A stretch of DNA of 64,000 bases from an uncultured Gemmatimonadales bacterium (GCA_963783305.1 CAWAMW010000007.1:384001-448000); one strand, 5' to 3'; shown: positions 37,328 to 48,324, counted from the stretch's first letter. Translations and numbers: made by a program. The notes: generated by a model not told the origin, from the sequence alone.

Positions 37328-39796
37328 ATGGGACGCGCGGAGCAACAACTGAAACGTCTGCGGGAGCGCCTGGATCAGGTGCCCTCCGATGGAGACCTGG
37401 AGCCGTGGGCGCAGGAGATCCTCAGGATCGCACGAGGACTGGCCCGCCCTGACGCTCTGCTCGAGCCCGTCCTCACCGGGCTGGCCCACCGGCTCCGGTC
37501 GGACGCCGCCGCGGAGGACGTCCTGATCCTGACGCGAGAGGTCGTGGACGCCGCAGTGGAGTTCGCGGCGGGACGGGAGGATCCGGACCGCGAGGCGCTG
37601 CTCACGGCGGCCGAGGAGCGACTTGGTCGGCGCCAGGATCCCGACGGGGTCATTGCGGCAGAGCCCGACCCCGCGGTCAGCGACGGCATCCCCATGGGGT
37701 TCGTGGGTGAGCTGCCCCCGGAGTCCACGCTGAACGATGCGGCGCTGCTGCTGGTCCAGCTGGAGCCGGGCGATCGATACGGGATCGCCAGTCTGGTGGA
37801 GATCCTGGACCGGCTGGCGGGTGACGAGAAGGACGAGCGTGCCAATCGGCTCCTGCGGCGGTCGGTCGAGATCCTGACCGACGGTGAGCCGAGCCAGGAG
37901 ACGCTTGGAACGGTGGGTCAGCTGCTGGAGTCGATCAGTGAGGGGACTCCCGAGCCGGGCGGCGCACCGTCGGAGGAGAAGGCGGCGCCCGGCAACGGCC
38001 CGGGGGCCGAGACCGAGGCCCGACCGGGTGACGAGCCGGGCGCGGCAACGGCTGCCGCCTCCGTGCCGGGTCCCGAGCCAGCATGGCTTCCCGGCCCCGA
38101 TACGGACGTGGACCTGATGCGGGAGTTCCTGCTGGAGAGCACGGACCTGATGCGCTCCGCGGAGAAGGCGCTCCTGGAGCTGGAATCAGACCCTTCGGAC
38201 GGCGAGGCCATCAACGTGGTCTTCCGGGCGTTCCACACGATCAAGGGGACCTCCGCGTTCCTGGGTGTCGAGGCGGCGGCGGAGCTCTGTCACCACGCGG
38301 AGTCGCTGTTCTCGAAGGTTCGAGATGGAGCGGTGGGGTTCAGCCCCGGTGTGGCGGACCTGTCGCTGGCTTCCGTGGATCTGCTTACGCGGATCCTGGA
38401 GGAGGTGGGCGTGGCGCTGGACGGCGCGGAGCCGGCGCGGGTGGACGGGCTGGCGGCGCTGGCGCAACGGCTCCAGCGGGCGAGCACCGGACAGCCCCAG
38501 GATGGGCCGGAGGCGGAGGCCGCTCCCTCGCTCGGCGCGCCGGTGGAAGAACGGGCGCCGGCCCTGAAGGTCGCGGCGGCTCGGGATGGATCCCAGGGCA
38601 CGCGCGATCGGGAGACCTCGGTGCGGGTGAGGACGGACCGCCTGGACCGGCTGGTGGACATGGTGGGAGAGCTGGTGATCGCGCAATCGATGATCGCGCA
38701 GGATGAGGTCGTCCAGGATGGCGCGCAGCACGGGCTGGCTAAGAAAGTGGCGCACGGTGGCAAGATCGTGCGGGAGCTCCAGGACCTCAGCATGGCGCTT
38801 CGCATGGTCCCGCTGAAGTCCACCTTCTCCAAGCTCCAGCGACTGGTGCGGGACCTGGCGCGGAAGAGCGGCAAGAAGGTGCGCCTGCTCACGGAGGGGG
38901 AGGAGACGGAGATCGATCGCACCATGGTGGATGTGCTCGGAGACCCCCTCGTCCACATGATCCGCAACGCCATGGATCATGGGATCGAGCCGGCGGCGGA
39001 GCGGGAGGCGGCGGGCAAGGACGGCACGGGCACGCTCTGGCTGCGGTCGTATCACGGTGGCGGGAACGTGGTGGTGGAGCTCGAGGACGACGGGCGCGGC
39101 ATGAACCGCGAGCGCATCGTGGCGAAGGCCATGGAGCGGGGTCTGATCCGGACGGGCGACGGCCTCACCGACGGCGAGGTGTGGAAGCTGGTGTTCGAGC
39201 CGGGCTTCTCCACCGCCGAGGCTATCACGGACGTCTCGGGCCGCGGCGTGGGAATGGACGTAGTGCGGAGGAACATCGAGACGCTACGCGGCCGCATCGA
39301 GGTGGAGTCCACCTGGGGCGCCGGCACGAAGGTGACGCTGCGGCTGCCGCTCACGCTGGCCATCACGGAAGGGATGCTCATGCGCGTGGGACCTGAGCGC
39401 TACATCCTGCCGACGCTGAGCATCGAGCGAAACATCCGACCCACCCGGGAGATGCTGTCGACGGTGACGGGCCGCGGCGAGATGCTGACGCTGCGTGACG
39501 AGCTGCTCCCGATCGTCCGGCTCCACGAGCTGTTCGGGGTCGAAGCGGGCCGACAATCGGTCGAGGAGGGGCTGCTCGTGGTGGTTGGTGCGGCGGAGCG
39601 CCGGTGTGCGTTGCTGGTCGATGAGCTTCTGGGACAGCACCAGGTGGTGGTGAAGAGCCTGGGCGACGGGCTCGGGAAGGTGAAGGGCGTCACCGGGGGT
39701 GCGGTCCTCGGCGATGGAACGGTGGGATTGATCCTGGACGCGGGGGAGCTCGTGGCCATGGCACGGAACGGAGCGTCGGCCACGCAGGCCGCGTAG
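37328..39796 (+). CDS. cheA: Chemotaxis histidine kinase CheA
   Basis: Hpt 'FRAFHTIKG', 'VRVRTDRLD.LVDMVGELVI', 'DPLVHMIRNAMDHGIE', 'PGFSTA...DVSGRGVGMDVV', C-terminal CheW domain. Confidence 0.97.
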   Translation: MGRAEQQLKRLRERLDQVPSDGDLEPWAQEILRIARGLARPDALLEPVLTGLAHRLRSDAAAEDVLILTREVVDAAVEFAAGREDPDREALLTAAEERLGRRQDPDGVIAAEPDPAVSDGIPMGFVGELPPESTLNDAALLLVQLEPGDRYGIASLVEILDRLAGDEKDERANRLLRRSVEILTDGEPSQETLGTVGQLLESISEGTPEPGGAPSEEKAAPGNGPGAETEARPGDEPGAATAAASVPGPEPAWLPGPDTDVDLMREFLLESTDLMRSAEKALLELESDPSDGEAINVVFRAFHTIKGTSAFLGVEAAAELCHHAESLFSKVRDGAVGFSPGVADLSLASVDLLTRILEEVGVALDGAEPARVDGLAALAQRLQRASTGQPQDGPEAEAAPSLGAPVEERAPALKVAAARDGSQGTRDRETSVRVRTDRLDRLVDMVGELVIAQSMIAQDEVVQDGAQHGLAKKVAHGGKIVRELQDLSMALRMVPLKSTFSKLQRLVRDLARKSGKKVRLLTEGEETEIDRTMVDVLGDPLVHMIRNAMDHGIEPAAEREAAGKDGTGTLWLRSYHGGGNVVVELEDDGRGMNRERIVAKAMERGLIRTGDGLTDGEVWKLVFEPGFSTAEAITDVSGRGVGMDVVRRNIETLRGRIEVESTWGAGTKVTLRLPLTLAITEGMLMRVGPERYILPTLSIERNIRPTREMLSTVTGRGEMLTLRDELLPIVRLHELFGVEAGRQSVEEGLLVVVGAAERRCALLVDELLGQHQVVVKSLGDGLGKVKGVTGGAVLGDGTVGLILDAGELVAMARNGASATQAA

Positions 39797-39824
39797 GAAC
39801 CGAACATCGAGCGAGGAGGGTGAC

Positions 39825-40292
39825 ATGCAGCAGGTGGAGACGGTGGAGGCCAGGGGCGGAAAGTTCCTGACGTTCTTCCTGGGCGAGGAGGAGTACGGCC
39901 TGGAGATCCTGAAGGTGCAGGAGATCATCGGGCTCATGTCGATCACGCGGGTTCCCAGGACCCCGGGCTTCGTACGGGGCGTGATCAATCTTCGGGGCAA
40001 GGTGATCCCCATCGTGGAGCTGCGCAGCAAGTTCCAGATGGAGGGTGTGGAGGATACCGAGCAGACGTGCATCATCGTCGTCCAGACGCAGGGTGTGCAG
40101 TTCGGCGTGGTGGTGGACCGTGTCTCGGAGGTGGTGGACCTGAGCTCCGACAGCATCGAGGACGCCCCCGAATTCGGCGCGGAGATCGACACCGACTTCA
40201 TTCTGGGCATGGGGAAGACGGGGTCGAGGGTTCGGATCCTCGTGGATATCGATCGTGTGCTGAGCAGGGACGAGCTGGGCGAGCTCGTCTGA
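39825..40292 (+). CDS. cheW: Chemotaxis coupling protein CheW
   Basis: 'FLTF.LG.EEYG..IL.VQEI', 'GVINLRGKVIPI', 'VVDRVSEV'. Confidence 0.97.
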   Translation: MQQVETVEARGGKFLTFFLGEEEYGLEILKVQEIIGLMSITRVPRTPGFVRGVINLRGKVIPIVELRSKFQMEGVEDTEQTCIIVVQTQGVQFGVVVDRVSEVVDLSSDSIEDAPEFGAEIDTDFILGMGKTGSRVRILVDIDRVLSRDELGELV

Positions 40293-40325
40293 AGTCTGAC
40301 GTCCGCGTCCCGCGGCCGTGCCGGT

Positions 40326-40368
40326 GAACGAAGGGCCGGGGCTCACTGCGAGTCCCGGCCCTTCGTTC
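40326..40368. terminator. Strong hairpin after cheW
   Basis: GAACGAAGGGCCGGG ... CCCGGCCCTTCGTTC, a 15-bp perfect stem. Confidence 0.6.
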
Positions 40369-40394
40369 AAGTTCCCGCCACCCACTCCCGATAA
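40367..40394 (+). promoter_or_regulatory. Putative sigma28 promoter
   Basis: TCAA(G)-N16-CCCGATAA. Confidence 0.55.
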
Positions 40395-40441
40395 TGCACG
40401 TCGAGGGATGGATCCAAGACCCAACTCAAAGGAGCATGGAG

Positions 40442-40843
40442 ATGATGGCGATACGGAGGATTCTGCTGGTCGCGGGAGCCGCGCTGACCCTGGCCGTGGT
40501 GACCGCACCGGAGGCGCTGGTGGCGCAGCAGGTGTTCGAGTCGAGCCAGGTGACGGACGTGCCGCGAATCGCATCGCCGATGGCCGCGCAGCGGTCGATC
40601 GAGCGGGCGTACTCCAGTGGCCTGCAGAGCCGCGGGATCCAGGGCAAGGTAATGCTGCAGTTCGTGGTGCAGGAGAATGGGAAGGTCGATCCGTCCTCGG
40701 TGGTGGTGAAGACGGCTGACCACGCCGACCTGGGTGCGGCGGCGCAGGAGGCCATTGCGAGCATCGAGTTCGTCCCCGGACGCGTGCAGGGCGCCGCGGT
40801 GGCGACGCGCGTGATCTTCCCCATCACGTTCGTAGCCCGCTGA
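40442..40843 (+). CDS. Secreted stand-alone TonB C-terminal domain protein
   Basis: Signal peptide, then 'Y...LQ.RGIQGKV.LQFVV.ENGKV...V', 'F.PG...G.AV..RV..PITF'. Confidence 0.8.
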   Translation: MMAIRRILLVAGAALTLAVVTAPEALVAQQVFESSQVTDVPRIASPMAAQRSIERAYSSGLQSRGIQGKVMLQFVVQENGKVDPSSVVVKTADHADLGAAAQEAIASIEFVPGRVQGAAVATRVIFPITFVAR

Positions 40844-40890
40844 CCGGAGGCCCCGGCTGACGGTCTCGGGATCTGACCAGGAGGAGTACG

Positions 40891-43158
40891 ATGAGCTGGA
40901 TACACAACATCAGGATCGGTCGCCGACTCGCGCTCGCGTTCGGTGCGGTGGTGATACTCATGGTCGCCGGGTTCGGAGCGGGTCACAACCGTCTGGGCGC
41001 CCTGCATGAGATCACCGACCAGATATCGAGCGATAACTGGCAGAAGGTGCGGGTGGCGAACGCAGCGGCGGACGCGGCCGACGAGCAGGGCCTCCTGGTC
41101 TACCAGTTGTTCTTCGCCGCGGGCACCGCGGACCAGGCGGACCTCCGCCAGAGTGCGGAGGAAGCGCAGCGAGCGGTGGGATCCAAGTTGGACACCCTGA
41201 CGAGCCTGGCGACCACGGGTGCGGAGGAGGAGCTGCTGTCGAAGGTGGACGAGGCCAAGGTCGCTTTCGACGCCTCCTTCATCCGGCTTGCCGACCTGCT
41301 GGAGGAGGGCGGGTCCATCATTGAGGCGAGCTCGACCCTCCAGCGTGAGACGACGCCCGCGCTGAACGCGCTCCGGAGCGCAGTGGAGGGATACATCGAC
41401 GTGCAGGAGGACCGGTTCGCGGCGGCTGGCGCCGCGGCGAACGCGAGCTACGCGGCGGGAGCGTGGCTCCTGGTGGTGTTCGGCGTGCTGGCCGTGCTGG
41501 TGGCCGGCGCCCTGGCCTGGACGATCGCCCGGAGCATCACGGTCCCTCTCGGCCGGGCGGTGGGCCTCATGAAAGAGATCGGGCAGGGCCACCTGAGCGA
41601 GCGCGTGGAGCTGGACCAGAAGGACGAGCTCGGAGAGCTGATCGGCACCATCAACCAGTTCGGGTCCGACCTGAAGGTGCACGTGATCGGCGTGATGGAC
41701 CGGCTCAGCCGCGGGGACCTGGCGGTGGACCTGGCGCAGAGGGACGACCACGATGAGATCGGCCCCGTGCTGCGCCGGATCCACAGCTCGCTCGCGGCGC
41801 TCGTGGAGCAGGCCGGCGGTCTGACCGCGGCAGCGAAGGGCGGCGACCTGGAGCGGCGCGCCGACAGCGGCCGACTGCAGGGCGCCTACCGGGACGTGGT
41901 CCAGGGCATCAACGACACGCTGGACGCGGTGCTGGACCCCATCAACGAGGCGGCATCGGTGCTGGAGCAGGTAGCGGCGCGGGACCTGACGGCGCGGGTG
42001 GAGGGCAGGTACCAGGGGGACCATGCCCGCATCAAGGACTCGCTAAACACGGCGCTGGACAACATCGAGTTGGCGCTCGCCGAAGTCTCCGGCGCCGCGG
42101 AGCAGGTGGCCGGTGCGGCGTCACAGATCAACGGGAGCAGCCAGTCGCTGGCACAGGGGTCCAGTGAGCAGGCGTCGTCGCTGGAGGAGGTCTCCAGCAG
42201 CCTGCAGGAGATGGCGAGCATGGCCCGGCAGAACACGGGTAATGCTCAGGAGGCCCGAAGCATGGCGGAGGGCGCGGCGCGGAGCACGGCCAAGGGAACC
42301 GAGGGGATGCGGCGGTTGAGTGCCGCGCTGGACAAGATCAAGGATTCGAGCGATGCCACGGCGAAGATCGTGAAGACCATCGACGAGATCGCGTTCCAGA
42401 CGAACCTGTTGGCGCTGAACGCGGCGGTGGAGGCCGCGCGCGCTGGCGAGGCCGGGAAAGGCTTCGCGGTGGTCGCAGAGGAGGTGCGATCGCTGGCGAT
42501 GCGGAGCGCTGAAGCGGCCAAGGATACGGCGCAGCTGATCGAGGGGAGCGTGTCGAACGCCGAGGAAGGGGTGTCGGTGCGCGTGGAGGTGCTGGAGCAG
42601 CTGCAGGAGATCGAGTCCGGCGTGACGCGGGTTCGGGAGGTCATGGCCGAGATCGCCGCCGCCAGCGAGCAGCAGACGGACGGGGTGGACGAGATCAACA
42701 GCGCGGTGGACGAGATGAACGGCGTCACGCAGACCACGGCGGCCAGCGCGGAGGAGAGCGCGAGCGCGGCGGAGGAGCTGACGGGCCAGGCCGCGCGGAT
42801 GAGCGAGCTGGTGGGCTCCTTCCGGATCCGCCGCGAACCGGTCAGCGCGGCGCCCACGGCCCGTGGTTCGAGGCCCGGGGCGCGTGAGCACCCGACCGCG
42901 CGCAAGCCCGCCGGCAGGGGAGTGTCTGCGGCGGCGGGGATCAAGATGCCACCGAAGGCCACGCCCAAAGCATCCGCCGGGACGGGATCCAGAGGCAACG
43001 GCGGGGGGAACGGCCGCGGGAACGGGCACGGCAATGGTGCAGGCAATGGTGCAGGCAATGGTACAGGCAATGGGAACGGCAACGGTAGCGGCCACGTAGA
43101 GCCGCGGCCGCAAGACCTGATTCCGTTCGACGACGACGGGGTCCTGAGGGAGTTCTGA
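40891..43158 (+). CDS. Methyl-accepting chemotaxis protein (4HB-type sensor, poly-HAMP, Gly/Asn tail)
   Basis: Two TM segments, HAMP repeats, '[37 protein letters not shown]'; ends in '[12 protein letters not shown]'. Confidence 0.96.
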   Translation: MSWIHNIRIGRRLALAFGAVVILMVAGFGAGHNRLGALHEITDQISSDNWQKVRVANAAADAADEQGLLVYQLFFAAGTADQADLRQSAEEAQRAVGSKLDTLTSLATTGAEEELLSKVDEAKVAFDASFIRLADLLEEGGSIIEASSTLQRETTPALNALRSAVEGYIDVQEDRFAAAGAAANASYAAGAWLLVVFGVLAVLVAGALAWTIARSITVPLGRAVGLMKEIGQGHLSERVELDQKDELGELIGTINQFGSDLKVHVIGVMDRLSRGDLAVDLAQRDDHDEIGPVLRRIHSSLAALVEQAGGLTAAAKGGDLERRADSGRLQGAYRDVVQGINDTLDAVLDPINEAASVLEQVAARDLTARVEGRYQGDHARIKDSLNTALDNIELALAEVSGAAEQVAGAASQINGSSQSLAQGSSEQASSLEEVSSSLQEMASMARQNTGNAQEARSMAEGAARSTAKGTEGMRRLSAALDKIKDSSDATAKIVKTIDEIAFQTNLLALNAAVEAARAGEAGKGFAVVAEEVRSLAMRSAEAAKDTAQLIEGSVSNAEEGVSVRVEVLEQLQEIESGVTRVREVMAEIAAASEQQTDGVDEINSAVDEMNGVTQTTAASAEESASAAEELTGQAARMSELVGSFRIRREPVSAAPTARGSRPGAREHPTARKPAGRGVSAAAGIKMPPKATPKASAGTGSRGNGGGNGRGNGHGNGAGNGAGNGTGNGNGNGSGHVEPRPQDLIPFDDDGVLREF
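43030..43074 (+). repeat. 12-bp in-frame tandem repeat (GGCAATGGTGCA) encoding GNGA/GNGT
   Basis: About 3.7 copies in the MCP tail. Confidence 0.85.
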
Positions 43159-43170
43159 GGAGGGAGCATG

Positions 43171-43202
43171 CGGGCCGGCGTCGGGACGAGCCGGCCCGTT
43201 TT
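43171..43202 (+). terminator. Rho-independent terminator after MCP1
   Basis: CGGGCCGGC-loop-GCCGGCCCG followed by TTTT. Confidence 0.65.
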
Positions 43203-43258
43203 CACTGAACGCGCCCCCACCGTTCCGGCGGGCACAGGCGCAGGCGGGTGGAGGGGGA

Positions 43259-45244
43259 ATGCGGATTCAGGGGAAGGTCATGACGGCGGCCGGGCTGATG
43301 GCCGGGCTGCTGGTAGCCGGGGGTGCGGTGGGGGCGTTCAGTGTCGCGACGGTGCAACGGAGTCTGGAGGCGGTGCACGCGGCCGACATGGCGGCGCTGG
43401 AGTTCCGGGACCTCCAGGTAGCGCACCTCTACTGGGTGGAGCGGGTGGCTGTGCTGGTAGGAGCCCCCGGTGCTCGAGAGATCCGGGTCCCGCTGGACCC
43501 GACGGAGTGCGCCCTCGGGGAATGGCTGGGGGGTGAGGGTGTGGCCCGGACCACGGCCGTGAATGCCCAGGTGGAGTTGCTGGTGGGCGGCATCCAGGCG
43601 CCCCACGACCGGATGCACGCGGCTGCTACGGCTCTGGATGCGCGACTCAGGACGGGCGCGGTCACGCCCGCCGAGGCACAGGAGCGGTTCCGGATGGCCA
43701 TCGTGGGGCCTGCCACGGAGGTGCAGGCGCGGATGGAGCAGGCGTCCGCGCTTCTCAGTGACGGGGCGGCGGCCTCCGTGGCGGAGCAGGCGGCGCAGCA
43801 GCGCAGGGCTCTCGCGATCGTCGTGCTGGGGGTGATCTTCGGAATCGCTCTCGTTCTGGTGGCCGGGATCCTGTTCGCGCGCTCCCTGAGCCGGCCGCTG
43901 GAGAGGGTAGTGGGGATGGTGCGGGAGCTGACGCGCGGGCGCCTTGGCCAGCGGTTGCGTCTGCGGCGTGGGGATGAGATCGGAGAGCTTGGCGCCGCCA
44001 TGGATCGCTTCGCCGACACGCTGCAGACCGACGTCGTGGGCACACTGGACCGGCTCTCCCGCGGCGAGATCGAGCTGGACATCTACGACGCGGACGACGG
44101 CGACGAGATCGCTCCAGCGCTGCACCGCATCCGCGACTCCCTGGGCGTACTGGTGGCGGAGATGGCCCGGCTGGCCCAGGGCGGTCGAAGCGGCCGCCTG
44201 GAGGTGCGCGCGGAGCCAGGTCTCCTGGAGGGGAGTTACCGCTCCCTGGTGGAGGGCGTGAACGCGGTGCTGGACGCGGTTGCGGAGCCCATTGGCGAAG
44301 CATCGCGTGTGCTGGACGCGGCCGCGGCCGGCGACCTGACCGTGCGGATGGTCGGTCGGTACGAGGGGGAGTACGACCGCATCCGGCGGTCGCTGAACGG
44401 CGCCCTCCAGAGCATCCGGGAGACGCTATCGGAGGTCGCCGCCGCCGCGGAGCGCGTGGGGGCGGGCTCGCATGAGATCGACAGCGCCAGTGTCGAGCTG
44501 GTGAGCGGCGCGAGCACACAGGCCGCCCGCCTGGCGGACGTATCGGCGAGCCTTCGCCAGCTGGTGGGGATGGCCGACCGCAACGACGCGGGTGGCCGTG
44601 AGGCGAGCCGGGCGGCGGAGGATGCCGGGCGCAGCACGGAGTCGGCGCGCGAAGCTCTGGAGCGACTATCGAACGCGATGGAGCGGATCGGCGGAGCGAG
44701 TCGGGCCACGGGGGCCATCGTGCGGACGATCGACGAGATCGCGTTCCAGACCAACCTGCTCGCGCTGAACGCGGCCGTGGAGGCCGCGCGTGCGGGCGAG
44801 GCGGGGGCGGGGTTCGGAGTGGTGGCGGAGGAAGTACGCAACCTGGCCATGCGGAGCGCGGCGGCGGCCCGGGACACGGCGGACCTCATCGAGGAGAACG
44901 TGGGGCGCGCCGCGGAGGGCGCCGAGCTCGAGCAGGTCGTGGAGCGTGAGCTGAGGGACACGCGGGAGGGGATGGCGCGGCTCCAGGAACTCATGGAGGA
45001 GATCGTGGTCGCATCGCGCCAGCAGGCGCGCGGAGTGACGGAAATCGACCAGGCGGTAGCGGCGGTGGGCGAGGTGACGCGGACGACGGCGGCGGGCGCC
45101 GAGCGGGCGGCCGGAGTGGCCACGGACCTCACGGGCGCGGCGGACCAGGTCCGGTCCCTGGTGGGCCGGTTCACGCTGGAGATCGCCGCGGGTGAGGATC
45201 GTCCGCGGCGCCCGCAGCGGGTGCTGGAGCCGGCTGGGCCGTGA
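43259..45244 (+). CDS. Methyl-accepting chemotaxis protein with CZB zinc-binding sensor domain
   Basis: 'HLYW...[11 protein letters not shown]...PHDRMH' lies between TM1 and TM2; HAMP and MCP signal domains follow. Confidence 0.93.
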   Translation: MRIQGKVMTAAGLMAGLLVAGGAVGAFSVATVQRSLEAVHAADMAALEFRDLQVAHLYWVERVAVLVGAPGAREIRVPLDPTECALGEWLGGEGVARTTAVNAQVELLVGGIQAPHDRMHAAATALDARLRTGAVTPAEAQERFRMAIVGPATEVQARMEQASALLSDGAAASVAEQAAQQRRALAIVVLGVIFGIALVLVAGILFARSLSRPLERVVGMVRELTRGRLGQRLRLRRGDEIGELGAAMDRFADTLQTDVVGTLDRLSRGEIELDIYDADDGDEIAPALHRIRDSLGVLVAEMARLAQGGRSGRLEVRAEPGLLEGSYRSLVEGVNAVLDAVAEPIGEASRVLDAAAAGDLTVRMVGRYEGEYDRIRRSLNGALQSIRETLSEVAAAAERVGAGSHEIDSASVELVSGASTQAARLADVSASLRQLVGMADRNDAGGREASRAAEDAGRSTESAREALERLSNAMERIGGASRATGAIVRTIDEIAFQTNLLALNAAVEAARAGEAGAGFGVVAEEVRNLAMRSAAAARDTADLIEENVGRAAEGAELEQVVERELRDTREGMARLQELMEEIVVASRQQARGVTEIDQAVAAVGEVTRTTAAGAERAAGVATDLTGAADQVRSLVGRFTLEIAAGEDRPRRPQRVLEPAGP

Positions 45245-47004
45245 TCTCCCGCCGGGCGCTGGCGCTGGTGGCGTCGGTGCAGATTGTCCTGATCGCGCTG
45301 CTGCTCCGGCCGGGTCACGGCGAGAGCGCGCTGGCGGTGCTCGCGGGGGCGGCGTTGGTCCTGGGCGCCGGGGTCGCGCACGGGCTGGCGCGGGAGGCGG
45401 CGGAGCGGGCGGGGGACCGGGCGCTCTCGCGAGAGGCGCTGGCGCGAGGCATCCAGGAGGTGCAGGCGACGCAGGACCTGCTACGCCGGAGCGAGGAGTA
45501 TTACCGATCGCTCGTGGAGCACGGGTCGGACATCGTGGTGGTGCTCCGCGCCGACGGCCGCATCCGGTACGCGAGCCCATCGGTGGAGCGGAGCCTCGGC
45601 TACGAGGCCGACGCACTGCGTCATCGGGCGTTCCTGGATTTCGTGGAGGCGGCCGATGTCGCGCTGGCGCTGGAGAGCTTCGGCGGGATCCTGGATGAGC
45701 CGGGCGGCCTGGTGCACCTGACGCTCCGGATCCGGCATGTGGACGGAAGCGAGCGTCACCTGGAGGGTGTGGCCCACAACCTGGTGCACACGAGTGTGGC
45801 GGGTGTGGTGTATACGGCGCGCGACATCACCGACCGTGTGCGCGTGGAGGAGGCGCTGCGGGCGCAGGAGGCGCAGCTCCGGCAGGCGCAGAAGATGGAG
45901 GCCGTGGGCCGGCTGGCGGGCGGCGTCGCTCACGATTTCAACAACATCCTCACCGTGATGGGCGGGCACGGCGACTACCTCCTGGAGAAGCTGGCTCCCG
46001 GGGACCCGCTCCGTGAGGAAGCGGTGGGGATCAACGACGCGGTGGCGAGAGCGGGGCGCCTGACGCGGCAGCTGCTCGTGTTCAGCCGTCGCGAGGTGGC
46101 GCGGGCGCGCGTCGTGGACCTCGGCGCGCTGGTGCGGGACGTCGACACGCTGATCCGGCGACTGGTTCCGGCCACCGTGACGCTCCGGACGGAGCTACAG
46201 GCGGAGCGCTGGCGGATCGTGGCCGACCCCGGTCACATCGAGCAGGTGATCCTGAACCTCGTGGTGAACGCGCGGGACGCCATGGCGGCCGAGGGGACGC
46301 TCACCATCGCCACGGCCGATCGGGAAGTGGTGGAGCCGATCCCCGGGCGGTTCGGAGATGTGCCGACCGGCCAGTATGTCCGGCTGACCGTATCCGATAC
46401 CGGCGCCGGGATCGCCCCCGAGATCATCGACCGCATTTTCGATCCCTTCTTCACCACGAAGGGCACCGGCGGGACGGGGCTGGGCCTCAGCACGGTCTTC
46501 GGCATCGCGCGGGATGCGGGGGCGGGGATCCGGGTCGAGAGCGAAGTGGGGCATGGCGCGCGGTTCGAATTCTACTTCCCGGCCACGGAAGACGCGGTTC
46601 CGGCATTCGATGTTGCGAGCCCGCAGCCGGCCGAGTCAGCGGGCGAGACGCTCCTGCTCGTGGAGGACGAGGAAGCGCTCCGCACCCTCACCGCCCGGGG
46701 GTTACGGGAGCGCGGCTACACCGTGCTGTCCGCGGCCAACGCGGAGGCGGCGCTGCGCATGGTCGACCTCTACCGTGAGCCGATCGACCTGCTGGTCACG
46801 GACGTGGTCATGCCCGGCCTGAACGGTCCCGCGCTCCACCGGGAGCTGGAGGCGCGAGCCGGTCGGGTGCCGGCGCTGTTCGTCTCGGGCTATCCGGGCG
46901 AGGACCTGGGGGAGGGAGTGCTGGAGGGGCTCAGCCTGCTGCCGAAGCCGTTCACGGCGGCGCAGCTCGGGGAGCGGATCCGGCGGGTACTGGACGAGGG
47001 CTGA
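45241..47004 (+). CDS. PAS-domain hybrid histidine kinase/response regulator (CckA-like)
   Basis: PAS; '[21 protein letters not shown]', '[10 protein letters not shown]', 'FDPFFTTK', 'GTGLGL'; C-terminal REC 'TDVVMP'. Confidence 0.95.
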   Translation: MISRRALALVASVQIVLIALLLRPGHGESALAVLAGAALVLGAGVAHGLAREAAERAGDRALSREALARGIQEVQATQDLLRRSEEYYRSLVEHGSDIVVVLRADGRIRYASPSVERSLGYEADALRHRAFLDFVEAADVALALESFGGILDEPGGLVHLTLRIRHVDGSERHLEGVAHNLVHTSVAGVVYTARDITDRVRVEEALRAQEAQLRQAQKMEAVGRLAGGVAHDFNNILTVMGGHGDYLLEKLAPGDPLREEAVGINDAVARAGRLTRQLLVFSRREVARARVVDLGALVRDVDTLIRRLVPATVTLRTELQAERWRIVADPGHIEQVILNLVVNARDAMAAEGTLTIATADREVVEPIPGRFGDVPTGQYVRLTVSDTGAGIAPEIIDRIFDPFFTTKGTGGTGLGLSTVFGIARDAGAGIRVESEVGHGARFEFYFPATEDAVPAFDVASPQPAESAGETLLLVEDEEALRTLTARGLRERGYTVLSAANAEAALRMVDLYREPIDLLVTDVVMPGLNGPALHRELEARAGRVPALFVSGYPGEDLGEGVLEGLSLLPKPFTAAQLGERIRRVLDEG

Positions 47005-47005
47005 C

Positions 47006-47695
47006 TCAGGCGGCTGTGAGGGCGAACCCTACGCCGCGCTCGGTGCGGATCCGGACTGCGGCCCGGGCGCGGTTGAGCTTGCGGCGCAGGTTCGATACGT
47101 GAACGTCGATCACGTTCGTCCCCGGGTCGAAGGCCATCCCGAGAATGCGATCGAGGAGCTCGCGGCGCGGCACCACGCGCTCGGGCTGCCGGACGAGGTA
47201 CTCCAGGAGGTCGAACTCGCGGTGGGTCAGCTCGAGGACCTCGCCGTTCACCCGCGCCAGCCGGGACGCCCGGTCCAGCGCGAGCCCCGCGAACTCGAGG
47301 ACGGGCGCGCCACCCGTGGTGCGGCGGCGAAGCAGCGCTCGGACGCGTGCGTTCAGCTCCACCACCGAAAACGGCTTGCCGAGGTAATCGTCCGCTCCCG
47401 CGTCGAGACCCTCGGCCACCTGATCGGCCCTGTGTCGCACGGTGAGCATGAGAACGAGGGTGGGGCGCCGGGCCTTCCGGACCGCGCGCAGCACATCGAG
47501 CCCGGATTGCCCGGGGATCTCTACGTCGAGGAGTGCGATGTCGAACTCCTCCTCCATCAGACGGCGCTCGGCCCTCACCCCGGATGGCTCCACCACGACG
47601 GCGAGACCGGCTTCCTCGAGCGACCGTCGCACCAGGAGGGCGATCCCCGGGTCGTCATCCACTACCAGCGCCCTGACGGTCATCGTGTTCCGCAT
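47006..47695 (-). CDS. OmpR-family response regulator
   Basis: REC 'VVDDD', 'LLD', 'GADDYL.KPF'; wHTH 'LT.REF.LL', 'NVIDVHVSNLRRKL', 'IRT.RGVG'. Confidence 0.95.
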   Translation of the reverse strand: MRNTMTVRALVVDDDPGIALLVRRSLEEAGLAVVVEPSGVRAERRLMEEEFDIALLDVEIPGQSGLDVLRAVRKARRPTLVLMLTVRHRADQVAEGLDAGADDYLGKPFSVVELNARVRALLRRRTTGGAPVLEFAGLALDRASRLARVNGEVLELTHREFDLLEYLVRQPERVVPRRELLDRILGMAFDPGTNVIDVHVSNLRRKLNRARAAVRIRTERGVGFALTAA

Positions 47696-47724
47696 GCGCG
47701 TTCCTCGTTCCAGTTCATGGGAGA

Positions 47725-47751
47725 GTATCGACGTCGGCCCCGAATCCTTGA
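47725..47751 (-). promoter_or_regulatory. Putative sigma28 promoter for the OmpR-type regulator
   Basis: Minus strand TCAA(G)-N15-GTCGATAC. Confidence 0.55.
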
Positions 47752-47845
47752 ACCGCCATCTCTTAACGGCCCCTTAACGCAAGGTCGCCCGCGCCGACCG
47801 ATTCTACCTGTAGTTGGACGAACACGGCGCACGGGGAGCGAAGCG

Positions 47846-48316
47846 ATGACGGTCGGATCGGGAGTCGGTACCGGTGGAGCGCAGGAATATCTCGCGGTGG
47901 TCCTGGAGCGATTCACGTGCGTGTTTCCCGCGCGTCTCGTGGTGGAGATCCGGGCGGTCCCGGATCTGACGCCGCCGGCTACGACCGGGCAGGCGCACGT
48001 GGGGTCGATGACCGTGCAGGGGAGGTCGGTAGCGGTGTTCGACCTGCGTGCACTCCTGGGGCTCACTCCCTGGCGTCGTCTGCCGACCGCCTCGGCGCTG
48101 GTAGTCCTGAGCCATGGCGCGGGGCCGGACGGTCCGGAGCGGGCGCTGCTGGTGGACCGTGTATCGGAGATCCTGGCGCTGAGCCCGGCGGAGATCGTCG
48201 CGGAGCGGCCGGAGGTCATGCCCGCCTCGCTGGTGCTGGGCCTGGCGCGCCGCGCCGAGTCGCTGGTGGTGCTGGACGGCGAAGCCGTGATCGCGGCGTG
48301 CGCCGACCCGGTCTGA
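47846..48316 (+). CDS. cheW: Second, divergent CheW-like protein
   Basis: 'EYL...L......P...VVEI', 'G.MTVQG..V.VFDLR.LLG', 'LLVDRVSEI'. Confidence 0.75.
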   Translation: MTVGSGVGTGGAQEYLAVVLERFTCVFPARLVVEIRAVPDLTPPATTGQAHVGSMTVQGRSVAVFDLRALLGLTPWRRLPTASALVVLSHGAGPDGPERALLVDRVSEILALSPAEIVAERPEVMPASLVLGLARRAESLVVLDGEAVIAACADPV

Positions 48317-48324
48317 TCCCGCGT

